From an uncultured Clostridia bacterium (lineage in GTDB: Bacteria > Bacillota > Clostridia > Oscillospirales > Acutalibacteraceae), in assembly GCA_947171615.1 (NCBI GenBank), contig CAMVYG010000001.1, positions 1 through 63,326 of the forward strand: a stretch of DNA of 63,326 nt, written 5' to 3'. Below are positions 61,901-63,326 of the stretch, piece after piece (the stretch's first letter is position 1; every line of letters begins with the position of its first letter). A program made the position numbers and the translations under genes. The notes below the pieces were generated by a model. It was not told where the DNA came from. It worked only from the letters and a program-made list of their open reading frames with translations, and did no database searches.

Positions 61901-63146
61901 GCTCGCTCTCCACCACCATACCGGAGGAGTTGGTAGGCATCTCAAAGTCCGGGTCTTCAACAGGCCTTACATCGTCCGGATCATCCGGGTTCTCTATGGT
62001 ATCACCCCGAACGGTGTTGTTGCTGTCCACCAGAAGATAGTCTACAACATATCTCTTATCGAAATTCTCATACCAGACGCCGGGAGCGGTTTCTCCCAAA
62101 ATCTTCTGAGCGGGATTTTGGCTCCATGAAACGCGGCTGGCGACCCCATTCTTTTTCCACGGGGTAAGCTGGGGCTCGTCATAATAGTAAAAGGCCTGGC
62201 CTTCCACCACATCATAGGTTTCCCAATCCAGATATCGCTGAATGAAGCCTGCGCCGCCCATAGCCAGGGGCACCGTTTTCCCGGTGGAATCTTCATAAGA
62301 GAACTGGTCAACGATCTCCCTGGCTTCCCGCGCTGTCTGGGGAACCTGAATAGACCCTGCGGAAAGGCCGTCCGTATTCTGAGCTACAACGCCGTTTTTG
62401 TAAAGGCGGAAGTCCAGATCGATCACGGTGGCATAGCCGTCTTCCTCGATCTCCGGAGAGTGGCCGCCAAAGCAGTAGAACTGGAGATAACAGTCCAGCA
62501 TTGTGGTTTCGCCCTGCTGCATTCTGGTGCCGGACACCATGTAGCCCGTGTAGTGGTCCAAAAAATCATTTTTTGCGCTCATAGCCTGATTAAAAAGGCC
62601 GGTGTTAGAAACGATTTTGGCCTTTTCAGACTTCATGAATTCCTTCATGGAGGCGGGCATCGTGTCGGCGTCGGAGGCCACAACTGCGATCTGCCCGTTG
62701 AAGGGGTAAATTTCTCTGCGTTCTTCTTTATTATAAGGAGGCTGGAAGTCGGCGCGGGGATTGGTGATGGGTCGCACCGTGCTGGCGTCTGTCTGGAACA
62801 CAAAAACGCCTTCCTTCAGCTCCTCTTCATCCTCACCGGGCTCTACCCTGATTTGCAGGCTCATGGTAAGGATACCGGTTTCCGGATCAAACCCGGTCTG
62901 AATAAACCGCATTTTCGTATCGGGCAGTTCCAGATTTAAAAGCTCCGGAGCGTCCCCGGCCTCTTCCGTATTCTCTACATCGGCATCATTCTCCGCGACG
63001 GCGGAAGAAGGCGTTTCGTTATCGAAAGACGACGCAACATCCTCGCCCATTCTTCTGGACGCCTGGGCAGCAGGAGCTACAGGCAATCCGTAAATTGCCA
63101 GAAGCAATGTCAGAATGAACGCAACCACTCTTCTCCAATGTTTCAT
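55908..63146 (-). CDS. P1: secreted SLH-anchored protein (2412 aa); putative cohesin-like head A, about 10 DQYG repeats, InlB-B-like repeat, 3 SLH domains
   Basis: Start moved from 63239 to ATG 63146 (GGAGG at 63156-63160; signal peptide MKHWRRVVAFILTLLLAIYGLPVAPAAQA). SLH motifs EGYGDRTIRPENKVTRAEF, DGYEDGTFRPNAYITRGE, DGYEDGTYRPENRITRAE. Confidence 0.92.
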   Translation of the reverse strand: MKHWRRVVAFILTLLLAIYGLPVAPAAQASRRMGEDVASSFDNETPSSAVAENDADVENTEEAGDAPELLNLELPDTKMRFIQTGFDPETGILTMSLQIRVEPGEDEEELKEGVFVFQTDASTVRPITNPRADFQPPYNKEERREIYPFNGQIAVVASDADTMPASMKEFMKSEKAKIVSNTGLFNQAMSAKNDFLDHYTGYMVSGTRMQQGETTMLDCYLQFYCFGGHSPEIEEDGYATVIDLDFRLYKNGVVAQNTDGLSAGSIQVPQTAREAREIVDQFSYEDSTGKTVPLAMGGAGFIQRYLDWETYDVVEGQAFYYYDEPQLTPWKKNGVASRVSWSQNPAQKILGETAPGVWYENFDKRYVVDYLLVDSNNTVRGDTIENPDDPDDVRPVEDPDFEMPTNSSGMVVESERYPRYSIPDYELSQQNDEDENWIPESYQGNGKRPPLKYFIMTSTSDTSISSPEHDGFEEYFTGLKWEFLAEEGLSLEDCEITEESGEGRLIPTYNNEYYRVKEATFTGNRSEEAHLKGKKLWTVYKARVPEDPSLDEYMMRTPVGVVLDMIPTEITYWDHFQAGGTKEIVRSDIPAPQFHITHDAADLDNYLWYTNGADSITGGQKTKISLRVIYDPEGTPIYSDDTLLALYKADPIPTSISVDTEGVVENITNSDGQPVEGFWVGNTALDGSGEETPEDAVSTGIEIHARLLDQYRAVYHDKWANLELVPTEKTKKLYDAAGKTCPFEINQKSENSYTIIYRGYRGVNDVVEGEHILRATYSEPLGANVVQEIPVFVSKPKDKLTLMKTYPTNPHTMVDQKEVEEDGVKGTVYQVVYEVPPCTFDDYKVVTNTENILIAELANQWRNPEDDLSTKELAEYDLASGIRNTSGTAIDLAKARAKGYTISYEVSYPDDELPQGISVADINQGKFTYNSYTKDGSRFNLRITATYQGWSRFVEYQFEFTRQPRILQQILVVPPDHQTGYTFMVPLKEEGKQDNRLTVIAVDQYGSQWDWNAVMDAYKPGSPLNPEGNEIEPWSVFVEGELPPGVTLTTGNNPYITVDSTARTSSFKIYAKFAACRSKSVTVEIKREPSKPTIMRNLVYNTTNSILPPIKSGTDAVYAPSVEVYDQYDERILDCKSTWRYTVTPASAKDYISVDSQTGELTVKKCAPNCDVFITSVMAQNGSSRSLNVTVQVRRQTAYPDFVEIKETEIPFLSDPSSGSGMRYLTASGTTQYGEDQVFEQNELTWRLDAVKFPDATLYRVKEIDDPNGGGGKVEVITGDIPFDSNGGIYNARNVVSLTSGGALQFNGTVLARNIPQEMTVTVICKNGRQATKTIKITRDPSVPTTLYFPGDFAPYNDGVQIPESGKKETVPLRVYVRDQYGVILEEKDAPVKWSAGTLPKGVTMNAAEKTVTIDHTASPGSVKITATCGSLKSDLYLGIRQDEPLAPRSVEFTNIKNSAGKVQAVPAGYEMTLPLPPQAGRGYETYTAVWIVRDQFENPISKMVRWTVENPSSGVKAEMFDEYAGMVRVYYTAEAMDALRNGQDLGFTLRGSVADDAGVYRDLRVHLSLDDAEPAYAVPVMTDPGDESVIEGGVVKPVVPPKGDPARAVTIEAKVYDQYGREMPNEAADIKLATMSPGLRLSQTPGTNRGTLYIESNTTAMMVTLQSTPKGEPESLRDESSLLIVLSKGTAYAYELALAESNQYTFDIPYWNSRQLANKPDEDHAEELTLRAEVVDQYGAWMKVVSDLYHPVWEFVGDHEGVEFASGDPDGDGIAEGEDVTFAITNRAVPAGKMSQKVTLRLTTTNMEDDEDFVKTLTLDLRRDKAEATYLYITGSDENGVGIAAKRPYAEAKTTVYPFDPVVYDQYGAPIEDCEIEMDMDLSVLEGRDDLLVEEVYRRGESAENGNSPVGYQIYQVVYKEAPPESGSGEETDPEDGLEDDGEQEPPPPEILSKTLLAEFDCPTGNLTLYTACDCLDKLAFTAKYEALGEAGFKRLIVPIAQEETRAYKVEINRTYRDFVISGNREPIQDYVYPVVYDQYGGRYDGYAAIQWNLKLPEKDEKGNYLPYIKELDEEGNERLPDDFLVIKEDAPDRTTTLTIQPESFISNKVILLECLVLDTGFMNDPSRRIYEYSQISVHRPYNTGVTVTFDAGEYGKLVGESQVSISSGEAPLNPPGVKTVQGYGFVGWTSDGEIVVDATKVAVFSDLTYVAVYKDVTNTKFLEGYGDRTIRPENKVTRAEFVSMVVRAIGGFDSQKNYGKSFKDVAQGKWYSGAIAYAKQKKIIDGYEDGTFRPNAYITRGEAARILADAAGLTSEKSGTFEDVRPGSWYEKYIEALLEAKVVDGYEDGTYRPENRITRAEAIKLIVMITKNALNDLEHNNIQKYAYCPFIDIKRTHWAYAYVLRAAGIA

Positions 63147-63307
63147 CAATTTATTCCTCCTGCAAAACCTATCCCTGTTCCAAACAGGTGTCGTCATTTC
63201 AAAAAATCTACATTCTGTAAATTTTGTTTCCCACACCACAAGAGACTGTATGGTGCTTTTGTAAAACGGGCGCAGTACCCCTAGTGTGAATTATGATATA
63301 TATTAAC

Positions 63308-63313
63308 ATTATA
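63308..63313 (-). promoter_or_regulatory. Possible sigma-A -10 box for the cluster
   Basis: Perfect TATAAT on the minus strand in AT-rich DNA about 160 nt upstream of P1; the matching -35 would lie outside the window. Confidence 0.3.
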
Positions 63314-63326
63314 CCCTAAATAGCAA

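Noticed and set aside
3030-62939. Many long plus-strand ORFs (e.g. 3030-6587, 15089-20023, 27542-30925, 45397-51141, 56727-59375)
   Set aside because: They are antisense shadows of the minus-strand giants caused by codon bias; no RBS, signal or domain evidence.
2847-63146. Classical cellulosome gene cluster
   Set aside because: No recognisable GH/PL/CE catalytic domains, CBM3 or tandem cohesin array; at most one cohesin-like domain per protein.

Overview
Firmicutes (Clostridia-like) DNA. About 60 kb (2847-63146) is one co-oriented minus-strand cluster of five very large secreted surface proteins (about 19,800 aa in total) in which I see no glycoside hydrolase or other catalytic domain. In transcription order: P1 (2412 aa; cohesin-like head 'A', DQYG Ig-like repeats, 3xSLH), P2 (4323 aa; lectin/PKD/FN3/Calx-beta mosaic, CipA-like X-module plus dockerin), P3 (9809 aa; head 'A', roughly 90 DQYG repeats, dockerin), P4 (2018 aa; cohesin-like head 'B', same dockerin tail as P3) and P5 (1280 aa; head 'B', 3xSLH). 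Each head family occurs once on an SLH anchor and once on a dockerin-tailed protein. This suggests a non-cellulolytic cohesin-dockerin surface assembly of anchor, adaptor, giant stalk and tip. The SLH and dockerin calls are strong; the cohesin calls and all pairings are inference made by eye. Downstream lie a terminator, a frameshifted GIY-YIG nuclease gene inside an array of REP-like palindromes, rlmD, and an AT-rich truncated ORF. Start codons were corrected using RBS positions.
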